From Octopus vulgaris (taxonomy: Eukaryota): a stretch of DNA of 64,000 nt. Under the pieces are notes generated by a model. That model searched no databases and was not told where the DNA came from. It saw only the letters and a program-made list of their open reading frames with translations. Every line of letters starts with the position of its first letter. Within the stretch, counting starts at the first letter, position 1. Of the stretch, positions 38,536-53,493 are shown in pieces. The position numbers and the translations under genes were made by a program. The stretch is from NCBI GenBank assembly GCA_951406725.2, contig OX597830.1:22940001-23004000 (forward strand), given 5' to 3'.

Positions 38536-39108
38536 AAAGTACATTATCAATAAATATATAAATGATATAAAGACACAATACTTGTTCATTAAAATTTTTC
38601 CCTATCATGCCTGTATTAATTCAGTATGTATATATACATGCACATACACACACATATATATGTGTGTTCTTTTATTCCTTTACTTGTTTCAGCTGTGCGG
38701 CTGTGGTCATATTCTATTACTCTTGTATTTGTTTCAGTCAATTAACTGCTGGAGCACTGCCAATACTTATTCTTTGTAAGCCTAGTACTTATTCTTTCGG
38801 TCTCTTTTTTTTTGCCGAGCCGCTAAGTTATGGGGATGTAAACATACCAACATTTGTTGTCAAGCAACAGTGGTGATGGTGGTGGTGGGGAGGACACACA
38901 AACATACACACACACATACATATATATATACATGACGGGCTTCTTTCAGTTTCTGCTTACCAAATCCACTCAGAAGGCTTTGGTTGGCTCGATGCTAAAG
39001 TAGAAGACACTTGCCCAAGTTGCCATGAAGTGGGACTGAACTCAGAACCATGGCCGACCAAAGCCTTGTGAGTGGATTTGGTAGACGGAAACTGAAAGAA
39101 GCCCGTCG

Positions 39109-39159
<51 letters not shown>

Positions 39160-39440
39160 ATGTGCGTGTTTGTGTGTCTGTGTTTGTCCCCCCAACATTG
39201 CTTGACAACCGATGCTGGTGTGTTTACATCCCCGTAACTTAGCGGTTTGGCAAAAAAAGAGACCGATAAAATAAGTACTAGGCTTACAAAGAATAAGTCC
39301 TGGGGTTGATTTGATCGACTAAAGGCAGTGCTCCAGCATGGCCACAGTCACATGACTGAAACAAGTAAAAGAGTAAAGAGTATATATATATATGTATGTA
39401 TATATATGTATATATATATGTGTGTATATATATGTATATA

Positions 39441-39534
<94 letters not shown>

Positions 39535-41339
39535 TTGTCATCTTTACCAAGAAATGCACTGCACCATTGAAATAACAATGATATGTTGGAAGATATATTG
39601 GAGATTAGGGATGAGATGCTTTGGGGTGTGGGATGGGTACTGGAGCTTGGCGTGATGTGGTTGTTGAGTTATATAGCAGACTGTTGGGATAGTTTAGCAA
39701 GAAGTAGGAGCAGTGTGCATATATATATATATATATATGTATATACATACACAGAAAGAGAGAGAGTGTGGGTGAAGAGAAATGTGAGTTATGTTTGGAG
39801 TTTGGTGTGATGTGGTTGTTGATTCCTTTGGCTGGAATGTCTTTGATCATAGGTTTACTGCGTCGCATCTGACCTGGGGTTAAATGACAACAAATATATC
39901 TGCACAATTCTCCGACAACTCAGTCACACAAACTCATCTGTTTAGATTACATTTTTAAATAATGTCAAAATAATTATGAGAGGTGGGGAGGGGGCAAAAC
40001 GAAAAGAGAGATAGGAGAGAGAGAATCGTGGGGAGAGAGAGACAGTTTATACCGAGAGAGAGAGAAAAAGATCAGAAATGGTTATGAAAGATAAAGATAG
40101 ATGCATGCACACACGCACACGGGCCCATGTGTTCATTTAATATATAATACATACACATACATATATCTTCATTTAACAGACACACACACTCATTTAATAT
40201 ACTACACATACACACACATTCATTTCATGTGATACATACACACACACACGCACACGTGCATAAACATGTTCATTTAATATTTATATCATTATCCTCTTTC
40301 ACTGGTTTCCGTCTTTGATGAGGGTGCCATGCTGGGACAACACCATCAAAGGTTTCTGCTGATCCTATTGACCACATTCCCATACAATTTCAGTACGATA
40401 CTTCTTTTTATTGATCTCTCTTGAATGGCTAAGTCACCTTTTGATGTACAAAGGGACACATCTTAAGTGCATCATTTTACACCGGTAATATATATTTTAA
40501 CACACAGCTTTGCACAACAGGACATTCTCACCATCAACATTTAACTGGATATCACAAAGATTTCGACATATTCTGGTCAGTGTAGCTTCTTCAAGTGGTA
40601 TTTATCTGCACTGACGCTACTGCAGAATATCCGACATTTTATTTGGTCCACATTAATTGATGCAGATGTGGTCATGTGGCTATGAAGCATGCTTCCCAAC
40701 CACATAGTTTCAGGATCAATCCCGCTGTATGACACCTTGGGAAAATGGCTTCTATTATAGCCCTGGGCTGACCAAAGCCTTGAGAGTGGATTTGGTAGAC
40801 AGAAACTAAAAGAAGCCCATTGTATTCTTTTATTTTTTTATCCTTTTCTGTCAGTTGACAGCAGCCATGCTGGAGCACTGCTTTGAAGGGTCTTAGCTGA
40901 AGAAACTGATCCCAGGACTTTTTTAAAGCCTAGTACTTACCCAGGGAGAAGGAGAGAGAGAGAGAGTGAGAGAGATGTACAAGAAAGAGGCCAGAAACAA
41001 GTGTGCTGATGTAAAGGAGATACTTGGTTACCTTGTCAGAAGAAAAACAAGGAGAGAGAGAGAGAGAGAGATTATGTAGTGCCAGGGTATACTCACCAGT
41101 AACAAGAATATGAGCGTTGAACCTGGTTAGAAAAATAGGGTGTGGGTGTTGTGCGTGTGGGGAGCAGCGATACAGTGAATAGGGCAGTGAGGGCAAGAAA
41201 AGGAATTGGAAAACAATCATGATTTATGAAGAGGAAATGTGAGGAAGTAAAAATGCAGTTTAGAAGGGGAGTTGTAGTTTGATTTCTTAGGGTAGAGTGG
41301 GTGAAAAGTTTGTTGTTACATGTGGGTGGGACACAACTC

Positions 41340-42012
41340 TTCTGGCACTCAGTTTCGCTGACATGGGCAGGCCTTCTCTAGAACCTCATATCACCAAACT
41401 TCTCGGTCCATTGTCATTTCCTCTGTGAGCCCCAACATCCTAAGATCAGTCCTCACCACTTCACCCCATGTCTTCCTGGGTCTCCCTCTTCCACAGGTAC
41501 CATCCACTTTCAATGACAGGCACTTCTGTATACAGCTGTCTTTACACATACACCTCACATATCCAAACCAATGCATTCTCTTCTCCTGCATGCCACATTT
41601 AATCCCTCTTATGCCCAACTTTTCTCTCAACACAGTTATGCTTTGTCAGTCATGCACACTGATGTTGCAAATTCAACAAAGCATACTACCTTAATTCCTC
41701 TCCAGCCTATGCAAAGTCCTCCACAGTCAAAGCCCATGTCTCGCTACCATGTAACATAGCTGTTCTCACACAAGGATCATACAATCTACCTTTCACTCTG
41801 AGAGAGAGTCCTTTTGCTACTAACAGAGGTAGTAGTTCTCTGAACTTCCTTCATCTTATTCTTATTCTCGAAACAACACTTTCAGAGCATCCACCACTGT
41901 TACTAATTTGGTCCCCTAAATAACAGAAAGTAACTACTACTTCAAGAGAGCCTTCTGGGCATTTGAGCGAGTTTAAGTTCCTCATGCTCTTAGTACTTAC
42001 TGTTCCTGTGCA

Positions 42013-42013
<1 letters not shown>
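41340..42013 (-). mobile_element. RTE-clade LINE 3' fragment
   Basis: LEVVVTFCYLGDQIS..GGCSESVVSRIR; LREKLGIRGI..RMHWFGYVR..GRGRPRKTWGEVVRTDL. Confidence 0.85.
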
Positions 42014-42054
<41 letters not shown>

Positions 42055-42371
42055 CATTTAGCGTCCGCTTTCCATGCTAGCATGGTTCAACTGGGGTCTG
42101 GGAAGCCAGAAGGCTGCACCAGGCCCAGTCTGATCTGGCAGTGTTTCTACAGCTGGATGCCCTTCATAATGCCAACCACTCTGTGGGTGTAGTGGGTGCT
42201 TTTTATATATATATAAAAATTTAAAGTGTATTCCAGTAGGAACATATTAGAGTACAAAATAGAGCTCATTCACCCTTAGAATTATGAAATAGCTAGTAGT
42301 ATTCGAAGTCTAGGCATTCATTGTGTGCTAACAGCAAAGTCAAAGATTTACTTACAGGGACTGCGATAATA

Positions 42372-42481
42372 TATCACCTGAGGAGATACAACTGGATCCC
42401 ATTATACAGGTAAACCATTGCTTAATTTAACTCTATGTACATGTGGATCTATGTTGTATCGAAACATGTGTAGTGTTTATT
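42372..42481 (+). ncRNA. Hammerhead ribozyme with long stem II (PLE-type)
   Basis: cac CTGAGGA gatacaac-tggatcc...ggatcta-t-gttgtatc GAAA catgtg TA gtg. 8-bp stem II base; ACATGT palindrome in stem III; GUA cleavage after 42472. Confidence 0.75.
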
Positions 42482-44699
42482 AAATAGCTATCTAAATGTA
42501 CTCCTTTCTGTTGATTCTATTCATTCAACTTATATATATGTATATATATATATGTTTGCGTGAGTGTGTGTATATCTTTGTCTTGGCATTGTGATGGTTG
42601 TAAACAAGCTTCACTGTCGTACAAGCTAGGTTGTTCCTTTCCAATCTCTTGTGAAAAACATGACTGGTCATGGGGAAATATTATCTTGCTTGGAAGCAGG
42701 AGAGGGTTGGTGACAGGGAGGGCATCTCAGGTAGTCGAAAGCCTGTCTTACAGATTCCATATGACCCATGCAAACATGAGAAAGTGGACGTTAAATGATG
42801 ACAATGATGCTTCTGCCAGATCCATGATGAAACATTTTCCTACTCTGCTATGCTTCCTAAGTCCACTATTAGCTAGGTGAGATGTTGATCGAGCTATAAA
42901 ACCCACAACATTTCATCTCCATCAAAAGGACTATACATTGCTGCCACCATTGAAAATATCCCTTAACCCCTTGGGGGTTGTTGGGGCATTGCAGCCATGC
43001 AGCATATCCAGGGTGAGAAAGCTTGGTGGAGCCTCTCCTTCCCCAGGCTAAACTCGTTTCTACAGCTGAGCAGACTGGAGCAACATGAAGTGAAGTGTTT
43101 TGCTCAAGAACACATTACATTGCCCGGTCCAGGAATCGAAACCACAATCTTACGGTTGTGAATCCAACACTCTAACCACTAAGCATTACGCCTCCACTAG
43201 TGGTACTCATTTTTGCCAGCTGAGTCGACTGGAGCAAAATGAAGTGAAGTGTTTTGCTCAAGAACACAATCCATTGCCTGGTCCAGGAATTGAAACCACA
43301 ATCTTACAATGGTGAGCCTAACAACCCAACCACTAAACCACACATCTCCACCATGCCTCGTCCAATTGCCTAAGTCCACCATATCTTATGGTCTTTCTTC
43401 CAAGTGCCCATCCCATATTGATTTCCTTTTGTACGTCACCTTACCAGTCAGGACTAGTCTTAGCCAAGGTAGACCATGCCATTAAGTCAGGCTGTTACTT
43501 TGTTATTCCTTTGTTAATGTGAGCATTTCCTTCAAATCCTTCAACATCTTCAAGTACACAGCCTTTTGACTCATTTCAATCCTTCAACTGCAGCCAAGCT
43601 GGAGCACTGCCTTGAATGTGCCAACACACTTTTCCACTCCCTCCATTCTAGTTAATATTTCAAGTACACACACACACACACACAAATACATTATAATGCT
43701 AATTTATTATATGAATACAGACACACCTGTGTGTGTGTGTGTGTGTGTGTGAGAAGGCATATGTATATGTGTATTGGATGCAGCCTCTCATAAAATAAGA
43801 GAGCAGAGAGAGTGAGAGAGAGAGAGAGAGAGGCAGAGAGAGAAGACAATGGAGAAAAAGGAAGAGTAAGAAGAGGAGAGAAAGGGTGAGGTGTGAGAGT
43901 GAGAGGAGGACCATGGTTGGATGGAAACAAATCTGAAGATGAGAATCATGAAATGCAATTATCTGTTGCCATCAATTCTATAAGTTAGTGAGGGAGAAAG
44001 AGAAAGAGGGAGTGAAGGAAAGAGAGAGAGAGAGAAAAGAGAGAGAGAGAGACAGAGTGCATATGGTGCTGGTGGTAGGGGATGTTGATGAAATGGAGTG
44101 TATAATACAACCAGTCACCTGCCCCCCATCTCCTCCAACTCTTCCCCCAAGACTGGATCACTTTCTGATTGAAAAATGGTGTGCAGTAATTTTGTGTGTG
44201 TGTGCGTGTGTGTGTGAGCATACGTGTGTGTATATGTATATTTGTGTGTGCATGTATGTATATATTTGTGTGTGCATGTGTGTATATATATATATTTGCA
44301 CATGTGTATGTGCATTATTTATGAGAGGGAATGTATGTATTAAAGAGTGAAAGGGAGAATGACAGAGAGAGAGAGGGAGAGAAGGAGGAGGAGAGAAAGA
44401 GAGAGCGATAGAGAGGGGAGAGAGAGACGGAGGAGAGAGAGAGAGAAAAAGTGTGTACGTGTATCTGCTAGAGAAGTAGTGTGGCGAAGGTGGGAGTGAA
44501 AAAGAGAAAAAGACAAACAAGAAAAAAGAGGGACAAAGAGAGAGAGAGAGAGAGAGACGGAGGGAGATTTGAACCGAGAGTCAGGTGTTGAGGTTCCCAG
44601 CGTTCTATCATATTCTAGTTCATTGAACCGACTGCCTTCTCTTCTCCACTAATTATTGTGTGCCTATGTGTATAGCTGAGTGTGTGTGTGTGTAATAGA

Positions 44700-45132
44700 A
44701 AGTCTTGCATGCACGTGGATGTGTGAATGCATATGAATGGGTGCGTATGCATGAATGTGTATATGCATGAGTGTATGCGTGTTTTTATATATATACACAC
44801 ATACAGTTATACACACACATACATTTGTACGTACACATATACATTTATATATATGCATCTATACATACACATATGCATGGGTATACACATGAATATGCAT
44901 ATTTCAATATATATATATATATGCATATACATACAGATATATAAACATGAATTTACATATATACACACACACATATATACACATACATGCATATACCTAT
45001 ATATATATATATATATACACACATACATGCATATACATACCTATATATATATGCATATACATACACACATATATATATGCACATACATACATATACACAT
45101 ACATGTATATATACATATACTCATACATGTGC

Positions 45133-45163
<31 letters not shown>

Positions 45164-45448
45164 TACATGTATATACATACATGCATATACATACATATAT
45201 ACATACATACACATACATGTATATACATACATGCATATACATACATACACACACACATACATGTATATACATACATGCATATACATATATATATACATAC
45301 ATACACACACATGCATATACATACATATATACATACATACACACACACACATATACATACATATATACATACATACACACACACATATACATACATACAC
45401 ACATATACATACATATATACATACATACACACACACACATACATACAT

Positions 45449-45513
<65 letters not shown>

Positions 45514-45545
45514 TACATATACACACATATATATACATATATGAA
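44700..45545. repeat. Compound (CA/TA/CATA)n microsatellite
   Basis: Direct inspection. Similar tracts at 16740-17170, 46140-46515, 49015-49230, 54650-55120. Confidence 0.9.
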
Positions 45546-46240
45546 AGTGAGTTCATGTCACAGAACTGTATTGAATGAGTCTATGCATAAATGATTGTAT
45601 ATGTATTCTGACTCTGTGTTGTGTGTGTGTGTATGTACACATATGTGTGTAGATATTTTGCCAAACTTTCTATCCGTTCTTGTGTTTCAGCAGAATCAGA
45701 ATTGTTTTTGCTGGAGTAATGGTATATTTTACAGATGGATACCCTCTCTTACTGCTAATCACTCAACCATGAAATAGGGGTGGAACCTGTTGGCCAGTCA
45801 GGCAGACAAAGGTGGTAAGGAGAGGGGTGTGTGTCCTGCTTGTAAGTACAGCATAATAATATCTGTAGGAAAAAAATTGCCCCAGAACCAGTAATAGGGT
45901 AATCAATATTATATAAGAATATAGTCAAGACTCTTGATACACACAGATCATCATCATCACTGCCACTACCACCACCATCATAATCTCCACCATTGATACA
46001 ACCACCACCACCATCATCATCACTGATACCACTACCATCACTGCTACCACTGCCATTACTGTCATTACTGCCACTGATACCACCACCACTGCCATCATCA
46101 TCATCACTTCCACCACCACCATCAGTTTAGTGCTGAGTGACAAACACATACACATAATATTTATATACACATATATATATACATATACATAGATATACAT
46201 ACATATATATACATATATATATATACATACATATGTACAT

Positions 46241-46271
<31 letters not shown>

Positions 46272-46313
46272 CATATACATAGATATACATACATATATAT
46301 ACATATACATATA

Positions 46314-46346
<33 letters not shown>

Positions 46347-46352
46347 GTACAT

Positions 46353-46383
<31 letters not shown>

Positions 46384-46673
46384 CATATATACACACACAG
46401 ATATATATGCATATATAAACACAAATACATATATATACACACACATATATATATACACACGTATATACATATATATATATATACACACAAGACACACACA
46501 TACATACATACACAACAATCTTCCACACAGTATTCAGAACCCTCTTATGAAACCCACAAGGCATTGGTTGGTTCAGTACCAGAGTAGAAGACACCTGCTT
46601 AAGGTGTCACACTGTGGCACCGAGCCAGAAGCCACAGGGTTGCAAAGTGCTCTCTTTAAACACACAACCATGC

Positions 46674-46727
<54 letters not shown>

Positions 46728-46926
46728 CCTGGTACAGTGAAACCACAGTTACGGTTTCCAGGGCAGCTCTGCATTATGATCTTGAGCAAAACACTTCACT
46801 TCATGTTGATCCAGTTCATTTAGCAGTAAATAATGCATAACCTAGACATGGACTTGTGTCCTGTTCTGCAGGGTGGCATCATTCAAAAGCTATAACAATG
46901 CAAAGCACACTCAGACCGGCAATGTA

Positions 46927-47279
46927 TACTCTTTTACTTGTTTCAGTCTTTCGACTGCGGCCATGCTGGAGCACCGCCTCTAATCGAACAACTCGACCCC
47001 GGGACTTATTCTTTTGTAAGCCCAGTACTTATTCTATCGGTCTCTTTTGCCAAACCGCTAAGTAACGGGGACATAAACACATCAGCATTGGTTGTCAAGC
47101 AATGCTAGGGGGACAAACACAGACACACAAACACATATATACAAATATACGATGGGCTTCTTTCAGTTTCCTTCTACCAAATCCACTCACAAGGCTTTGG
47201 TCGGCCCAAGGCTATAGTAGAAGACACTTGCCCAAGGTGCCATGCAGTGGGACTGAACCCGGAACCATGTGATTGGTAG
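46927..47279 (-). mobile_element. SINE family A copy
   Basis: Reverse complement of the 59534-59926 element. Confidence 0.85.
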
Positions 47280-48201
47280 TTCGATCAACACCATGTATAT
47301 GCATGCATATATACATACATATATATATATATATACAGTGATAACTCAACTATTGTGGGTGTTATGTTCCAAAACCTTGGCAATAGGTGAACATCCATGC
47401 AGTCGAAACAGTACTCTTATACTTGTTTCAGTCATTTGACTGCGACCATGCTGGAGCACCGCCTTTAGTCGAGCAAATCGTCCCCAGGACTTATTCTTTG
47501 GAAGCCTAGTACTTATTCTATTGATCTCTTTTGCCGAACCACTAAGTTACGGGGACGTAAACAAACCAGAATCGGTTGTCAAGCAAAGTTGGAGGGACAA
47601 ACACAGACATACAAACATATACACACACATACATATATACATATATATATCAATTTTGTTATATTTTGGGCTAGTCATTTTTTGTCTTTTGCCAAATATA
47701 CACATGCACTGTATATGTTTTTCACTTCAGACTTATCTTATTATTGTTCGTATTTTATGTCTTTTGTCATATGAACTGTGACCTCTTGAGCAACTCTCCA
47801 TCCCATGTGTCTTTTCCTGTTCTGTTCAGTCCATTTTGTCTTTCTATAGAAAGTGAGTAACAACCAGAGGCACAAATTGGCTTCTTTCAGTTTCCGTCTA
47901 CCAGATCCACTTACAAGGCTTTGGTCAATCCAAGGCTGTAGTAATAGACACTTCTTGGAGGTACCATGCAGTGTGAGTGCACAAAGAACCACAACCACAC
48001 CTATTGTATATATATTGTATATATATTGTATATATGTACACACACACACACATATATTCATATATATATATATAGTTAATCCAAACATGAAAACACAGAG
48101 AAAACACAACAATGCGAGGACGTGGAACAAATATAGTATTATTGGACACTCAGGAAGGAAGGAGAGAAGGAGGGTGTATATATATATATATATATATGTA
48201 T

Positions 48202-48364
48202 ATGCTTTATTAAAAAGCAGCACAAATATCGCAAAACTGTTACTCAGAGTTTCACGTTCATGCTGGTCAGATAGTTTTGTCTAAACAAAACTGCCCAACG
48301 AATGGGAATGTGAAACTCTGAGTAACAGTTTTGCGATATTTGTGCTGCTTTTTAATAAAAGTAT
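48202..48364. mobile_element. Inverted pair of PLE terminal repeats, each with a degenerate hammerhead
   Basis: ~160-bp palindrome centred near 48282. Each arm reads aaaactRY-core-stem II-GAAActctgagTAacagtttt, with cores mutated to CTGACCA and CCAACGA. A single further copy lies at ~62249-62380. Confidence 0.7.
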
Positions 48365-48414
48365 TCGAGTAGTATTTTTTCCACCTTGTTTCGCATTTAT
48401 GTGCTTACTCTGGC

Positions 48415-48452
<38 letters not shown>

Positions 48453-49018
48453 ACATGCATATGTACTCAGATAACTATGTATAGATATATAATATTAAAG
48501 CAACAAATGAGCTCAGAGATATAGTTCAGAGTGTTTAGAGAGAAACACATGAATAGCACACACAAATACAGGTTTATCAAGTACCATACAATAAATTCTA
48601 GATTTATAAAATTTATCTCTGCCTCTAGAGGATTTGTTCAATTACCAAGTATATATACTAACTGCACCAATACATACATGCATGTATATACTATATACAT
48701 GTGTGTGTGCATGTGTGTAAGTGCACATATATATGTATACATACATAGCTATGTATTGCCACACATATAAACACATGTATATATCCACAGATCAGCCTCA
48801 ATTGTTTTGTACGAGCTAATGTTATTTAGTTATTCAGTCATTGAATTTCACTATGTATACACATGTACACACACACACACACACACACACATCCACACAC
48901 GTTTATGTATGTATAAATATATGCACACGTATGTTTATATGTGCGTGTCTGCTTGTGTCTGTGCATATGTATGTATACCAGTTGGAAAAAAGGGATGTTA
49001 AAGGATGTCGATGATTAT

Positions 49019-49076
<58 letters not shown>

Positions 49077-49152
49077 ACACACACACATATATACACACAC
49101 ACACACACATATATATACACACACACACACATATATACACACACACACATAC

Positions 49153-49209
<57 letters not shown>

Positions 49210-51190
49210 TATATATATATGTATGTATATAAAGAGGAAGAGAACCAGAAGATAGAAACCATTCAGAGAGTCATTTTCCTAAATTGTTTTCTCCCTTCCA
49301 TTTTTATATTTTCTCCTTTCTTGTACAAAACACAATAGTATCACTTCAAATTAATAGTACTTCAGACCCCACATGTAGTTTTAAAAGATACGTTTTTTTA
49401 AGTTTTTTTTTTACTTAATGGATATCATTATATGAACAAATATTTATCTGTCACATAATACTTTTCTTATGAGTGTTAGGATTTCAAGAGTTATTGTTTT
49501 AGCTGCAGTATCTCTAGATGGAATATTGTTCAAGAAAAATAAATATATAACCGAAGAATTTCTATTTCAATGGTTGTTTATGTCTTAACCCTTTGGAAAT
49601 GAAACCTACTGATGTTTCTATGCTGAAGAAAGAAGAAGCCATTTTTATTAGATATAAACAACAATGATGAAGATGGTGTTGCAGTTGTTGTTTAAAATTT
49701 CTGTGAAAAACATATCTGAAATTTCTTTAACTTAGAGAAAGTAAAGAATAATATAAATATATATATATATATATATATAGGCAATTGTCATTATCATCAT
49801 CATCAGTGTTGTCACCACCACCATCATCATCATCATCATTGTTATTGTTATCATCATCATCATCATTGTTATTGTTATCATCATCATCATTTTAATGTCC
49901 ATTTCCCCAGGTGAGAGGATATTGGGACAGAATTTTCAACAGCACGTTGCCCTTCTTGATGTCAACATCTCCATCCCCGCCACACTTGTTTCAATTCAAG
50001 GTCATAATCTGTTGAATTACAAACAGCCTGGACATGGTGACATGGAAAACTTGGAAACAGCTGATGCAATACGAATATAAACCGTTTTTGTTAGCAAAAA
50101 TTGTGTAATGAAAGCACACCCAATTAAGACTGGATGTGCTTTTGTGGAAGACAGCAAAAAGGAGAGCAAGGCCATTGTTTACAACCAGAGAACACAAAGG
50201 GAAATAAGAAATCATGCACAAGTGTACAGGCATGCACACACATAAATATACATACGGATATATAAACATATACATATATATCCATACATATATTCACACA
50301 TGCATATCCATATATACATAAATATATGCATACATATGCACACACACATACAATATATATATATATTTATATAAACAAATCAAAATTGCTGACGTGGCTG
50401 ATGACAGTACTGCCTGATTGGCACTCATGCCAGTGGAATGTTAAAAGCACATCTGAGCATGATCGTTGCCAAGACCATGGATTGGCACCTGTGCCGGTGG
50501 CATATGAAAGGCACCATTCATGCGTGATCGTTGCCAGAGTCACCGTACTGGCAAATGTAAAATAACATTCAAGCGTGGTCATTGCCAGTGCCGCTGGACT
50601 GGCTCCCGTGCAGGTAGCATGTAAAAAAGCACCATTTGAGTGTGGCCTTTGCCAGAACCACCTGACTAGCCCTCGTGATGCCGTCACGTAAAAGCACCCA
50701 CTACACTCTCAGAGTAGTTGGCATTAGGAAGGGCATCTAGCTGTAAAAACTTTGCCAGATCAGATTGGAGCCTGGTGCAGCCTCTGTCCTCAGTCAAACC
50801 ATCCAACCCATGCTAGCATGGAAAGCAGACGTTAAACGATGATGATGATGGGTTTCTTTCAGTTTCCATCTACCAAATCCACTTGGAAAGCTCTGGTTGA
50901 CTCAAGATTGAAGTAGAAGACACTTTCCATAGGTGCCATGCATTAAGACTGAACCTGAAACCATGTGGTTGGGAAGCAAACATTTTACCCCACAACCATA
51001 TCTGTACCATTAGTCAATAGTTCTTCCATATTTTTCTTTTTTCAACACTAGAATGTGATATGAAAGCTGGAGGGTATATCAGATGAAACGTTGTGTTAAC
51101 AACAAACAAGGTGGACAAATATCCATCAAGTGTAAATAATGACTTCTCAACGACAGCATTTTTCATCCCTCACTCTCTCTTCTTCTATTC

Positions 51191-51240
<50 letters not shown>

Positions 51241-52396
51241 TGGTCATTGCTAGTTCTGCCTGACTGGCTCCTGTGCGAGTGGCACATAAAAAGCATCATC
51301 CAAGCATGGCTGATGCCAGTACTGCCTGACTGGCCCTTGTGCTGGTGGCATGTAAAAAGCACCCACTACACTCTCCGAGTGGTTGGCATTAGGAAGGGCA
51401 TCCAGCTGTAGAAACTCTGCCAGATGGGATTGGAGCCTGGTGCAGCCTTCTGGCTCACCAACCCTCAGTCAAACCATCCAACCCATGCCAGCATGGAAAG
51501 CAGATGTTAAACGACGATGAGAACGATGATGATATCTATATATCTCTGTGAAGAAATCGTTCTTGGCTTCACAGACAAAGAGTTCATATTTGTCAGTTTA
51601 TAAGTGTGTGTGCTTGTGCACACATACACATGTATGTTAGGAGAGTTTTATATAAAAATGATTTCCTCTTCTGAAATGGATATTTCAAAGGAATTCAGTT
51701 TCTATTGGGGACAGTTATTGTCAATTGTTGTAATACTTACTTGGTGTATCATCGTATTACCAGAATCTAAAACAACCCCAATAACAGAGAATGCCTCTGC
51801 ATGGTCTACTAGAAATAACAGTAAAAAATCCCTCATGTCACACCCTGTAATCTTAAAGAACAATGCTAAAAATACACTGCATATTATACTATTCTTGTGA
51901 AAAAACAATAAAAAATGTTATTCTTTTATTTGTTTCAGTCATTTGATCAAGGCCATTCTGGAGCACTACCTTGAAGGGTTTTAGTCAAACTTATTTTTTT
52001 AAAGCCTAGTACTTATGCTATCAGTCTCTTTTGCCAAACTGCTAAGTTATGTAGCTGCAAACAAACCAACACCAATTGTCAAATGGTGATGGGAGACAGA
52101 CATAGATAGACACACACATATATATATATATATACATACACGCAACATATGGTATAATTATAAACAGGGCAAATTTTAGCCATTTCTCTGCAGACTGAGA
52201 AAAGGATGAACAACCTTAATTGGTTTTTGGACCTTATTGGGTTCTTATCAGAGGCGTCCACATCATCTTGGCAATCTCCAGAGAAACAAGCAGCCAAACT
52301 GTTTATATACTCAACAAATGCAGCAGTTACTCTATGAAGGAGTCCCTAATTTGCATACTGAAAGTGTTTAACACTCTGTAAATACCAGTGGCTTGG

Positions 52397-52430
<34 letters not shown>

Positions 52431-53274
52431 TATATATATGTTTATATAAATATATATATATGTACATACATATATATACACACACATATATATATTTATA
52501 TAAATATATATAAACATACAAATATATACACACACGAATATTTGTGTGTATATATATATATATTATATACATACACACACACACACATATACAAGTGTGT
52601 GTGTGTGTATCATGTTTGTAATGTTGAGCCACATATTTTCAACATAGAATTTATATATTATATATATATATATATATACATATGTGTGTGTGTGTGTATA
52701 GATTTCCCTGCATAAGAGTTCACTGTTTATATAGCAATCATTAGCTAAAACAGCCAACCGACCCTCATCCCTTGCTTCCGACCTATCACCCCACCACCAC
52801 CGCCACCTCACCATGCTGGCGCTTCTTCAGGTGACATTTCACTGAGTTTGTGACATTTAAGATTTCTCTTTTTTTTTAGCGCCCCAAAGTGAGCATATGT
52901 CATACAAGCCTGATAGATCAACTGGACTACTTCATTACATGAATGAATGAATGAATGAATGAACTTAATTACAGCAGCACAATGAACACCCACTGGGAAC
53001 TGATAATTAATTTAGAGGTTCATAGCTAACCATAAATAGATAAGTAAAAGTTAAGAAGCTGGATTTGCAGCCACGTGGTTTCAGGTTCAGTCTCACTGCA
53101 CAGTGGCACTTCAGGCAAGTGCTTTTTAAAATAGCCCTGGGCTGACCAGTAACCTTTGTGTGAAAGCTTGTTCTATATCATTATCATCATCATTGATGCC
53201 TGGGAATTCGGTATTTATTCTTTTAATCTTTTTATCATTCTACCAAGGAAGACAGTCAAACACAGAGTGTAGAG

Positions 53275-53493
53275 CAGTGGTTTTCAACGAGGGTTCCGCG
53301 GAACCTTAGGGTTCCATCAGTATAGTCCAGGGGTTCCGCAAGAAGTTACAAAACTGCTAAAATCGGCAGTAATTTTTAATTCTCCTGTACAGATATGTGT
53401 GCATAAGACTATTAAATTATTGCACAGGGGTTCCTCGAGCCAGTGGAATGTTTCCTTGGGGTTCCGCTCCAGCAAAAAGTTTGAAAAGCACTG
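53275..53493. mobile_element. hAT (Charlie/Buster-type) MITE, 219 bp
   Basis: Termini cagtggttttcaa / ttgaaaagcactg; perfect 8-bp TSD gtgtagag (53267-53274, 53494-53501); repeated gggttccgc subterminal motifs. Confidence 0.88.

Noticed and set aside
43440-43520. Candidate upstream xylosyltransferase exon with phase-1 donor
   Set aside because: In-frame stop a few codons upstream and no similarity to the XYLT stem or WSC domain.
51604-52297. Short ORFs in unique-looking intronic DNA
   Set aside because: No recognisable motifs or convincing splice pairs; cannot support a call.
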